From Verrucomicrobiota bacterium (GTDB lineage Bacteria > Verrucomicrobiota > Verrucomicrobiia > Chthoniobacterales > Chthoniobacteraceae), in assembly GCA_037130675.1 (NCBI GenBank), contig JBAXSN010000001.1, positions 1 to 47,628 on the forward strand: DNA of 47,628 bases, given 5' to 3'. Shown one piece after another: positions 1 through 7,987 of this stretch (the first letter of the stretch is position 1; each line of letters opens with the position of its first letter). The translations under genes were made by a program, and so were the position numbers. The notes under the pieces are model-generated. The model was not told where the DNA came from. It did not search any database and worked only from the letters and a program-made list of their open reading frames with translations.

Positions 1-167
1 TTCCTCCCTTGGCGGTCTTTGCGTCCTTGGCGCGGGTTCTTCTGCCGGATCTAGGTTCACTCAACTCATCGGATGCCACGGGCATCGCCCACCCCTCTGC
101 TGCTCCCTTCCTCGCTGGCTTTGCCAGAAGTTGCCAAACCGGCAACGGATCAGGAGTAATCTCGCAC

Positions 168-226
168 CAGAGGCGCAGAGATTCATTCCTTCTCAATTCT
201 CTTTGCGCCTCCGCGCCTCTGCGCGG
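168..226. repeat. Compound palindrome, CGCAGAG-core family (left arm CAGAGGCGCAGAGA 168-181, right arm TCTCTTTGCGCCTCCGCGCCTCTGCGCGG 198-226)
   Basis: Read directly. The arms are reverse-complementary with 8-bp periodic GCGCCTCn units. The same core recurs at 20761-21021 and, degenerate, at 26780-26842. Confidence 0.8.
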
Positions 227-272
227 GTTTATTTTCCGGGTTAGGCTCGAGCGGAAATGGCCAAATGCCTTT

Positions 273-314
273 AAAAAAAAGCGGCACCCCCGGTGGTTTC
301 CCACCGAGGGTGCC
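273..314 (-). terminator. Rho-independent terminator downstream of pheT
   Basis: Minus strand reads GGCACCC-T-CGGTGG-GAAA-CCACCG-GGGGTGCC followed by GC and T8 (plus-strand A8 at 273-280). Confidence 0.75.
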
Positions 315-503
315 ATTTTACCCCGCAAGTGCCGTTAAGTAGCTTTACCCGTTCCCTCAAGGAAACGGCGGAAACCGTGAACAGCGCTTTGACTTCCAGT
401 GAAGGCATGTCATTGCCACCGCCCACCAAGCCTCCTCTGACGATCATATCGGTCCGGGAGCAGCTCCTGAATCTCGAACACCGCAGGGTAAATCTTTAAA
501 AGA

Positions 504-2858
504 TCATTCGCGGAAGTTGACGGCCAGTTCCGCCTTGAGTCGCTCTTTCAGCCGGTTATGGACTGCGGCAACTTCATCTGCCGTCAGTGTCCTCTCTTGA
601 GAGCGATAAGTCAATGCGTACGCCACCGATTTTTTGTCCGCGGGGATTCGCTGACCGGTTTCATCAGTGAAAACATCGAACAACTCGACCCCAACTAAAA
701 GAGGCTCGCTGGCGCTTCTCAGAACGGCCTCGATCCGGGCGTGCGGAACCTCCACAGGCGCCAGCATGGCGATGTCGCGCGTGACCGCCGGGAACTTGGG
801 CAATTCCGTGAAACTGACCCGGGCCGAGGCCGCTTCGAACAGGTCGAGATTCAGCTCCGCCACCAGCACGGGGGCGGTTGCATCGAGTTCGCGGGCCCGT
901 GCAGGCATGAGTTGCCCCGCCAGACCGACCACGACCTCCCCGCGCCGGATTTCCACCGCGAGCGCCAGGGCCGGATGCGAAACGGCTTCATAAGTGAGCC
1001 CATCCAGGTTCAGAGCCGCAAACGCGCCCTTGAGATCGAAGAAATCAGCCAGGCGCGGCTTGGCATCCCGCCAGGAGGAAGGATGCGTGGCGCCGGTCAA
1101 GACCAGAGCCAACGAAGTCCGCTCCTCGGCGGGCTGAGTGCTGCCGCCAAAGGCCCGGCCCACTTCAAAGAGCCGGAGATCGCGCACCCCGCTGCGGACA
1201 TTGCGAGCGACCGCATTCAAAAGCCCCGGAATGAGGCTCGGACGCAGGACGACCTGGTCTTCGTTGAGCGGATTGCGGACGCGAAGCGCCCCTTCCACCG
1301 GGAAGGCCAGGAGGTCGCGTTCGGAGATGAGCGTGAGGCTTCGGGCTTCATGGAAGCCTTGCGCCGCAAGAACCCGCCTCAAGCGCATGGCCTGATCGTG
1401 GCGCTTGTCCGCCGGCGTGCTCTCGACGAAACAACTCCGCCCACGGGCTGGCACCGCATCGATGCCAATGACTCGCGCGATTTCCTCAATCAGATCGATC
1501 TCGCGGGTAAGGTCCTGCCGGAATGATGGAACGCTCCATCCCGCTTCGCTCTTCTTAAGCCCGAATCCGGTGAGGATTTGATCCACTTGTCCCGCCTCCA
1601 CTTCCGCTCCGAGCACGGCCCGGCAGCGTTCGAGTCGGAACGACACAGTAGTTTGAAAGCCTGACGCCGATCCTGCCGCCGAGGCGATCGGCTCGGCCGT
1701 GCCTCCGGCCACTTCGAGGATCAGTTCGATGGCGCGAGCGGAAGCGGGCAGCACCCCTTCCGGGTCGATGCCGCGTTCATACCGGTAGCTCGCGTCGCTG
1801 GAGAGCCCGAGTTCCCGCGAGGTGCGGCGAATGCCTGCAGGCGTGAAGTAAGCGCTCTCAAGCAGCACGTCCACCGTGGCTTCGGTCACGCCGGAATCCT
1901 CGCCGCCCATCACCCCCGCGATGGCCAGGGCGCGCTGCTGATCGGCGATCAGCAAATGGCGCGGGGCCAAGGTGTAAGTCTTGCCGTCGAGCGCCAGGAA
2001 CGCCTCGCCTTCCGCGGCCTTGCGAACCCGGATGCCGCCGCTAAGTTTGGCCAGGTCGAAGGCATGGAGCGGCTGCCCCATTTCCAGCATGACGTAGTTG
2101 GTGACATCGACAATGTTGTTGATCGAACGAATGCCGATCGCTTCAAGCTTCCCCCGAAGCCAGGCGGGACTCGGCCCGACTTTCACGCCGCGAACCCGGC
2201 GCGCACTGTACAACGGACAATCCGCCTCGGCTTCCAGCGTGATATCGCTGGCGGGCTGGGCTTTCGCCCCCTTGGCAACCAAAACGCCGGTCGGCAAACG
2301 GAGCGTTTTACCCAAGAGCGTGGCGATCTCGCGCGCCATTCCGACATGGCTGAGAAGGTCGGGGCGGTTCGGGGTCACTTCCACGTCCAGGATCGTGTCC
2401 GACGGGAACAGGGAGCTAATTGCCGTGCCGATCGGGGCGGCTTCGGGGAGGATCAGCAAGCCATCCGCATCCTCGGCCAGCCCGAGTTCTTTGGCGCTGC
2501 ACATCATCCCTTCGCTCTCGATGCCACGGAGTTTGCCCACCTTGATTTTGAAATCGCCGGGCATAACGGCTCCGGGCAACGCCAGCGGGACTTTATCGCC
2601 GACCTTGTAGTTCTTGGCCCCGCAAACGATCTGGCGCGGCTGGGCCGAGCCGTCGTTGACTTTACAGACGCTCAGGCGATCCGCGTTCGGGTGCTGGTTG
2701 GACTCAAGAATCTGCGCGACCACCACCTTGTCGATGGAGACCCCGCGTTGTTCGATGCCTTCGACTTCGACGCCCGCTTTGGTCAGCAAATCCGAGAGCG
2801 CGGCGGCATCGGGCGGAAGTTCGACCAGTTCCTTGAGCCAGTTGAGTGAAACTTTCAT
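504..2858 (-). CDS. pheT: Phenylalanine--tRNA ligase beta subunit
   Basis: 784-aa ORF. It has the typical PheT N-terminus (MKVSLNWLKELV...) and tRNA-binding, B3/4, B5 and anticodon-binding-like regions, and lies directly downstream of pheS. Confidence 0.95.
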   Translation of the reverse strand: MKVSLNWLKELVELPPDAAALSDLLTKAGVEVEGIEQRGVSIDKVVVAQILESNQHPNADRLSVCKVNDGSAQPRQIVCGAKNYKVGDKVPLALPGAVMPGDFKIKVGKLRGIESEGMMCSAKELGLAEDADGLLILPEAAPIGTAISSLFPSDTILDVEVTPNRPDLLSHVGMAREIATLLGKTLRLPTGVLVAKGAKAQPASDITLEAEADCPLYSARRVRGVKVGPSPAWLRGKLEAIGIRSINNIVDVTNYVMLEMGQPLHAFDLAKLSGGIRVRKAAEGEAFLALDGKTYTLAPRHLLIADQQRALAIAGVMGGEDSGVTEATVDVLLESAYFTPAGIRRTSRELGLSSDASYRYERGIDPEGVLPASARAIELILEVAGGTAEPIASAAGSASGFQTTVSFRLERCRAVLGAEVEAGQVDQILTGFGLKKSEAGWSVPSFRQDLTREIDLIEEIARVIGIDAVPARGRSCFVESTPADKRHDQAMRLRRVLAAQGFHEARSLTLISERDLLAFPVEGALRVRNPLNEDQVVLRPSLIPGLLNAVARNVRSGVRDLRLFEVGRAFGGSTQPAEERTSLALVLTGATHPSSWRDAKPRLADFFDLKGAFAALNLDGLTYEAVSHPALALAVEIRRGEVVVGLAGQLMPARARELDATAPVLVAELNLDLFEAASARVSFTELPKFPAVTRDIAMLAPVEVPHARIEAVLRSASEPLLVGVELFDVFTDETGQRIPADKKSVAYALTYRSQERTLTADEVAAVHNRLKERLKAELAVNFRE

Positions 2859-2879
2859 AGATTAGATAAGAGAGTTCGC

Positions 2880-3902
2880 CTAAGCGCCCCGGTATTGCGC
2901 CAGGAAGCGCAGATCGTTGTCGGTGAAAAGGCGGATATCGGAGACGCCGCTGAGAATCATGGCCAACCGGTCCAGACCGAAGCCGAACGCAAAGCCCGTG
3001 TATTTCTCCGGGTCGTAAGCGAGATCGCCGCGTTTGCGGTTCATCTCCTGGAACACGGCGGGATCGACCATGCCGCATCCGGCCAGTTCCAGCCAGCGGT
3101 CCCCGCGTCCGAGCGCGGCGGCCTTGATGTCGATCTCGAAGCTGGGCTCCGTGAACGGGAAGAAATGAGGGCGCATCCGGACCTGGACATCGTCGCCGAG
3201 CAGCTCGCGGAAGAAGAATTCGATGGTCCCCTTGAGATCGCCCAAGGTAACCCCTTCATCCACATAGAGGCCTTCGATCTGGGTGAACTGCGCGAGATGC
3301 GTAGCATCGACTTCGTCCCGCCGGTAAACCCCACCCGGTGCGATGATGCGGACCGGCGGCGCGATCTGCTCCATGGTGCGGATCTGGACGGTGGACGTCT
3401 GCGTGCGCAGCAACCGGCCGTCGGGCATGTAAAACGTGTCCTGCTCGTTGCGGGCCGGGTGATCGGGCGGAGTGTTCAACGCGTCGAAGCAGTGCCACTC
3501 GGTTTCGATATCCGGGCCGTCGGCCAGGACGAATCCCATCTTGCGGAAAATCTGGATGGCGCGATCGAGCAACTGCGTGATCGGGTGGATGGCCCCGATG
3601 GGAAGCGGCGTGCCGGGCAGCGAGACATCGACCCCGGAGAGCGCCTTGGAATCGCGCTCGGCTTCGAGGGCCGACTTGCGGGCGTCGAGCGCCGAAGTGA
3701 CGGCGGTGCGCACTTCGTTGAGCAGCTTGCCGATGCGCGGCTTGTCTTCTTTGGAAAGGGATTTCATCCCCTCGCTCACGACGGAAATGCCGCTGGAGCG
3801 CCCGAGAAATTTGACGCGCACGGCTTCGAGGTCCGCCTCGCCGGCGGCTGCGGCGATGGCCGCGAGCGCTTCGGTTCGAATTTGTTCAAGTTGCTGATCC
3901 AT
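2880..3902 (-). CDS. pheS: Phenylalanine--tRNA ligase alpha subunit
   Basis: 340-aa ORF with class II aaRS motifs (FRxE-like YRRDEVDATH, GxGxGxxR-like GFAFGFGLDRLAM), located upstream of pheT. Confidence 0.95.
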   Translation of the reverse strand: MDQQLEQIRTEALAAIAAAAGEADLEAVRVKFLGRSSGISVVSEGMKSLSKEDKPRIGKLLNEVRTAVTSALDARKSALEAERDSKALSGVDVSLPGTPLPIGAIHPITQLLDRAIQIFRKMGFVLADGPDIETEWHCFDALNTPPDHPARNEQDTFYMPDGRLLRTQTSTVQIRTMEQIAPPVRIIAPGGVYRRDEVDATHLAQFTQIEGLYVDEGVTLGDLKGTIEFFFRELLGDDVQVRMRPHFFPFTEPSFEIDIKAAALGRGDRWLELAGCGMVDPAVFQEMNRKRGDLAYDPEKYTGFAFGFGLDRLAMILSGVSDIRLFTDNDLRFLAQYRGA

Positions 3903-3941
3903 GGAAAGGAAGGGTAAAATTGAGAAGATTGGATTGAAACG

Positions 3942-3977
3942 AAAAACGGCCAGCGACTGCCTAAACAGCCGCTGGCC
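3942..3977 (-). terminator. Hairpin plus U-tract between rplT and pheS (terminator or attenuator)
   Basis: Minus strand reads GGCCAGCGGCTG-TTTAGG-CAGTCGCTGGCC followed by GTTTTTCGTTTC. It sits in the 94-bp rplT-pheS spacer. Confidence 0.6.
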
Positions 3978-3996
3978 GGAAAATGATCTGAGCTAT

Positions 3997-4368
3997 TTAG
4001 GCTGCTTTCTTCTTCGCAAGGGCCTCAACGGCCTTCTTGACGATCGCCAGAAATGCTGCCTCGTCGCTCACAGCCATCTCGGCCAGCACCTTGCGGTCCA
4101 GCGTGATACCGGCGGCAACGGTGCCTTCGATAAATCGGCTGTAGGTAAGGCCGTTGGCACGGCAGGCTGCATTGATGCGCTGAACCCAGAGGTTCCGGAA
4201 GGTGCGCTTGCGGTTTTTCCGGTCGCGGTACGACCAGTATTCCGCTTTCATTACCGCGTTTTTCGCGTAGCGGAACAGTTTGGAACGACGGCCGCGGAAT
4301 CCCTTGGCTTTGTCGAGCATCCGCTTGCGGCGTTCGCGGCTAGCGGGAGCATTAGTTGCTCTTGGCAT
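3997..4368 (-). CDS. rplT: 50S ribosomal protein L20
   Basis: 123-aa ORF, basic, with characteristic L20 sequence ([21 protein letters not shown]...). Confidence 0.95.
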   Translation of the reverse strand: MPRATNAPASRERRKRMLDKAKGFRGRRSKLFRYAKNAVMKAEYWSYRDRKNRKRTFRNLWVQRINAACRANGLTYSRFIEGTVAAGITLDRKVLAEMAVSDEAAFLAIVKKAVEALAKKKAA

Positions 4369-4479
4369 TGTTTGTCCTTTCTTTCAGCGTGCAGTTTTTA
4401 GTGTTGAAACGTCTTCCCGACCTCGCTCGCTGATGGAACCCCGTTAGGGATCAGGCAGGCAGACGCGCCCCTCGCGTTT

Positions 4480-4689
4480 TTACGCGAACGGCATGTTCTC
4501 TTTAATCCGAGCCATGTCGGTTTTGTCCACGAGGGCGGACTTGGCAAGCTGACGCTTGCGCTTCGCGCTCTTGCTTTGCAGCAAATGCCGCTTACAGGCT
4601 TGAGAGCGAAGGATCTTTCCGGTCCCCGTGATTTTAAACCGCTTGGCCACGGCCTTCTTCGTCTTTCGACGTGCGATTGACTTTGGCAT
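4480..4689 (-). CDS. rpmI: 50S ribosomal protein L35
   Basis: The C-terminal 69 aa of the 162-aa ORF (MPKSIARRKTKKAVAKRFKITGTGKILR...) is L35. The ATG at 4687-4689 was checked in the sequence. The upstream part of the ORF merely reads through a repeat element. Confidence 0.9.
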   Translation of the reverse strand: MPKSIARRKTKKAVAKRFKITGTGKILRSQACKRHLLQSKSAKRKRQLAKSALVDKTDMARIKENMPFA

Positions 4690-4810
4690 GGGGTGCGCAA
4701 AATAGGCGGGCCCCCGGAAATGGCAAGAGTTTTTTCGCGTTTTGCACGCACTTTTGCGTCTGGGAAGGGAAAATAACACAGCGAGGGGGGCGTCGGCAGC
4801 TCGGTGCCGA

Positions 4811-4895
4811 ATGGGAGGTATGGGAATTATGGGAGTTATGGGACTAATCCCATACTTCCCATGCTTCCCATGCTTCCCATACTTCCCATACTTCC
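4811..4895. repeat. Compound palindrome, ATGGGA-core family (4 units, CTAA loop, 5 units)
   Basis: Left arm: ATGGGAGGT ATGGGAATT ATGGGAGTT ATGGGA. Loop CTAA. Right arm: TCCCATACT TCCCATGCT TCCCATGCT TCCCATACT TCCCATACT TCC. Period 9 bp. It lies in the divergent rpmI/adhesin spacer. Confidence 0.9.
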
Positions 4896-4966
4896 GATCC
4901 GCTCCTGATAATAATCTTGCGGCGAGAGCGGAAAACGAAGAAAATCGAGTGTCCTGTTTTCCGCCC

Positions 4967-7936
4967 ATGAATCTTCACTTGGCCTCGCTGTTTGTCTTTC
5001 TCACGACAGTCTGCCCACTGCTCGCAGGGCCCGCCGCACCCGTTCCGACTATTCTGACGGTGGACAATCAGGCGAACAAGGCGCTAATCACCGGCACTTA
5101 TCAAGGCGCTTCAAACCAGGCCGTGACCATTAATTTATATCGCTCGAGTTCCGGCCCGACCGGAGCCACATTGTTCAAGAGCGTCCCCATTACCACGGAT
5201 GGCGCGGGCGCCGGCTCATTCGACATGCCGCTTGGCGCCAATTTCGGTGGCTATACCCTTTATGCTTCAGCGACGGTTTCGGGGACCACCAGTGCGCTCT
5301 CGAATGGTCCGCTGGTGCCGATGCGCTTCCGATTTTCCAAGACAGCAACAACGGTTAGCGAAGCAGTCGGCCAACTGACGGTGGTCATTTATCGAGACGG
5401 AGTGCTCTCAAGCCCCGAGACGATTGAAATCGCCACCGAGAACGGCACCGCAAGGTCCGGAATCGACTTCCAGATCCCAGATTCGCCGATCATCTTCGCC
5501 CCATTGGCATCCTCGGGGACAGCGACGGTTCCAATTATCCAGAACTCGATTTTGGACACCGAGCGCTCCTTCGTCGTCGCGCTCGTCCCCTCTGCCAGCC
5601 AAACGGTCAGCCAGGGTCGCATGACCGTCACTATCGCCGATGACGAATCCATTCCCGCCCCGACGCTTCTGGCGGTTGATAATGTGGCCAACCAGGCCTG
5701 GATCACAGGCGCTTACCATGGAGAGCCAAACCAAACGCTCACCCTCAGCCTCTACCGGTCGGCTCCCGGGCTGAGCGGGACCACATCCTTCAAAACCATA
5801 TCACTCGCCACCGACAATGAAGGCAACACCGAAATCAACACGCCCGCCGGGGCGAATCTCGGCGGCTATACGATTTATGCTTCGGTGAAAGCTGCCTCGG
5901 GAGCCAGCAGCGCACTCTCCAACGGCCTGCAGATCCCGACAAGGTACCGACTCATCTCTTCGACCGCCACCGTCAGCGAAGCGGCGGGCCGACTCGAGGT
6001 GATAGTTCATCGCGATGGCAATGTCTCAAACTCTGCGTCGATCGGAGTCACGACCGAAAACGGAACCGCAAGAGCCGGGACCGATTTCCAGGTTCCAAAC
6101 CCACAGGTCGTCTTCTCCCCCCTTGCCACCACGGGAACCGCAACCATCCCGATCATCAACAACTCGATTTTGGACACGGTGCGCTCTTTTGCTGTCGCCC
6201 TCGTCCCCTCGCCCGGCGAGGTGGTCAGCCTGGGTCGCACGACCGTTACCATCACCGATGACGAATCGATTCCCGCGCCAACGCTTTTGACGGTGGACAA
6301 TCTAACCAACCAAGCCTTGATCTCAGGCACGTACCACGGCCCGGCGAACCAAACATTGGCTCTTGGATTATACCGCTCGCTTTCGGGGCCGACCGGGGCC
6401 ACTCCCTTCAAGCTTCTGTCTCTTACTACAAACAGTGCGGGCAACGCCGCTATCAACGCCCTCGCCGGGGCGAATCTCGGCGGCTATACGTTTTACGCTT
6501 CGGTAAAGGCCGCCTCGGGAGCCGCCAGCGTGCTCTCCAACGGTTTGGCGATTCCGACGAGATACCGGCTCGCCAAGCCGATCGCCATTGTCAGCGAAGC
6601 GGCGGGCCATCTCGCGTTGACGGTCCATCGCGATGGAAATGTTTCAACCTCGGGGACCATCGGGATCGTCACCGAAAACGGGACCGCTAAATCGGGGATC
6701 GATTACTTGCAACCGCTCGTCACCTCACTCGTGTTCGCGCCGGGAGTGACAACGGGAACCGCAACCATTCCGATCCTCAAAAACTCAACTATCGACGGAG
6801 AGCGTTCCTTTCTCGTTTCCCTGCGCCCAAAGGCGAACAGCGTGGCGAACCTATGCAGCACAATCGTCAACATCATAGACGACGTGATGGCCGGCGGATT
6901 GATCGGATTTGCGTCGGGGACGTTCCGCGCCAACGAAAGCGCCAGGAATGCCGTCTTTACAATCCAGCGCAGTGGCGGACTCGGAAACACCGCTTATGTG
7001 CGTTATATCCTGACGCCTGAAACAGCCAGGACGCCGACTGATTTTATAGTGCCAATATCAAACGTCATTAAGTTCGCAGCCTTCCAGACGTCCGCCACGG
7101 TCGTGGTGCCCACTGTTCCCCACACGAAATTCGACTCGCCAAAGACATTTACAATGACGCTGCTTTCCGGGACGAATGTTTCGGACGGGGCCGCGCTGGC
7201 CAATTCCCCTGCCCTCCCCAGGATCGCGAGGGCCACGATTTGTGATGATAGCAATCCAAAGGGGGCCGTGCAATTCACCGTCTCGAATCTCGGGGTCGTG
7301 AAGAACGCCGGCAGCGCCAAACTGACTCTCACCCGGCTCGGGGGAGCCAGCGGAACGGTATCTGTCCGGTATGCCACCAGCGATCTCACAGCTCGGGCCA
7401 ACACCGATTATACCCCCATGAACGGCTTGGTGACTTTCGCCCCGGACCAGCGCACCGCGACGGTGTCCATCCCGCTTGTGAATGACGCACTCTTCGAGAA
7501 ACCTGAAACTTTCCGGGTCACCCTCTCCTCCCCGGCCAATGGCGCGACCCTGGCCGCACAAGATCGTGTGGACGTGACGATCGTTGATGACGATAATCCC
7601 AATGGCGTGCTTCAGTTTGCGACGGCCGCCTTGTCCGTCAGCGAAAAGGCGGGTGCAGCAAAGATCGCGGTGAACCGGCTCGGGGGAGCGGCCAGCGTCG
7701 CCTCCGTGCACTACGCCACTTGGCGCGGAACGGCGACCTCAGGATTCGACTATATCTCCGAAGCCGGAACTCTCACCTTTTACGAGGGGCAACGCACCGC
7801 GATCATCACCGTCCCAATCATTATGGACACTTTGCTGGAACCGGCGGAAAACTTCACCGTGACGCTCTCAAACCCTACCAACGGAGCGGTTTTAGGTCCC
7901 CAGAAAACGGTCACTGTAACTTTACCCCAAAATTGA
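4967..7936 (+). CDS. Secreted repetitive protein: signal peptide, 3 x ~205-aa modules (beta-sandwich plus Calx-beta), then a 3 x Calx-beta C-terminal cassette
   Basis: Start set at MNLHLASLFVFLTTVCPLLAG (signal-peptide-like; ATG 4967 checked). Calx-beta signature recurs six times: VSExxG...V.RxGG...V.Y.T..GTA..G.DY...G.L.F..G....I.VPI..D...E..E.F.V.L. Confidence 0.85.
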   Translation: MNLHLASLFVFLTTVCPLLAGPAAPVPTILTVDNQANKALITGTYQGASNQAVTINLYRSSSGPTGATLFKSVPITTDGAGAGSFDMPLGANFGGYTLYASATVSGTTSALSNGPLVPMRFRFSKTATTVSEAVGQLTVVIYRDGVLSSPETIEIATENGTARSGIDFQIPDSPIIFAPLASSGTATVPIIQNSILDTERSFVVALVPSASQTVSQGRMTVTIADDESIPAPTLLAVDNVANQAWITGAYHGEPNQTLTLSLYRSAPGLSGTTSFKTISLATDNEGNTEINTPAGANLGGYTIYASVKAASGASSALSNGLQIPTRYRLISSTATVSEAAGRLEVIVHRDGNVSNSASIGVTTENGTARAGTDFQVPNPQVVFSPLATTGTATIPIINNSILDTVRSFAVALVPSPGEVVSLGRTTVTITDDESIPAPTLLTVDNLTNQALISGTYHGPANQTLALGLYRSLSGPTGATPFKLLSLTTNSAGNAAINALAGANLGGYTFYASVKAASGAASVLSNGLAIPTRYRLAKPIAIVSEAAGHLALTVHRDGNVSTSGTIGIVTENGTAKSGIDYLQPLVTSLVFAPGVTTGTATIPILKNSTIDGERSFLVSLRPKANSVANLCSTIVNIIDDVMAGGLIGFASGTFRANESARNAVFTIQRSGGLGNTAYVRYILTPETARTPTDFIVPISNVIKFAAFQTSATVVVPTVPHTKFDSPKTFTMTLLSGTNVSDGAALANSPALPRIARATICDDSNPKGAVQFTVSNLGVVKNAGSAKLTLTRLGGASGTVSVRYATSDLTARANTDYTPMNGLVTFAPDQRTATVSIPLVNDALFEKPETFRVTLSSPANGATLAAQDRVDVTIVDDDNPNGVLQFATAALSVSEKAGAAKIAVNRLGGAASVASVHYATWRGTATSGFDYISEAGTLTFYEGQRTAIITVPIIMDTLLEPAENFTVTLSNPTNGAVLGPQKTVTVTLPQN
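5045..6890 (+). repeat. Three tandem in-frame repeats of 615-618 bp inside the first adhesin gene
   Basis: Unit starts were anchored on the recurring IPAP-T-LL-(A/T)VDN junction (codons at 5045, 5660, 6278). Units are diverged, about 60% aa identity by eye. Confidence 0.8.
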
Positions 7937-7987
7937 TTTACCTCTTGCGATCGGAGGAAATCAGGGAACATTCAAGCTAATCCCCCT

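Noticed and set aside
271-447. A 58-aa minus-strand ORF (MIVRGGLVGGGNDMPS...GGAAFF) in the pheT 3' region.
   Set aside because: It runs straight through the terminator hairpin and ends in the U-tract, has no Shine-Dalgarno sequence, and its composition is unremarkable. It is more likely non-coding.
315-503. Assigning the pheT-downstream structured region to 6S RNA or SRP RNA.
   Set aside because: Only a closing helix and a weak GGUCCGGGAGCAGC resemblance are present. I could not build the rod-plus-central-bubble fold of 6S or the SRP domain IV motif by hand. It is kept only as an unassigned candidate.
2895-3917. Very long ORFs exactly antisense to real genes. Examples: 2895-3917 vs pheS, 1956-2849 vs pheT, 12265-13461 vs trpA, 17278-18249 vs cysK, 18370-19410, 21045-21992, 22232-23359, 29038-30054, 33024-33836, 33933-34844, 36603-37373, 41346-42173, 44611-45477, 46688-47458, 10019-11128.
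   Set aside because: These are typical shadow ORFs of high-GC DNA. Their products are Arg/Gly/Pro-rich with low complexity and no motifs, while the opposite strand carries unmistakable conserved proteins.
4480-4968. N-terminal extensions and small ORFs that read through repeat elements. These include MGGMGIMGVMG.../...YFPCFPCFPYFPYF at 4742-4966 and 4690-4968, MGDMGSMGGMGFIFPIIPIIP at 17143-17349, and LCASAPLR-type strings at 9-338 and 20641-21047. I considered them as possible repetitive peptides or RiPP precursors.
   Set aside because: The periodic peptides are a by-product of 8-9-bp DNA repeats read in frame. Better-supported starts lie downstream (signal peptide at 4967, L35 at 4689, CysD at 21048). 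There are no maturation genes nearby.
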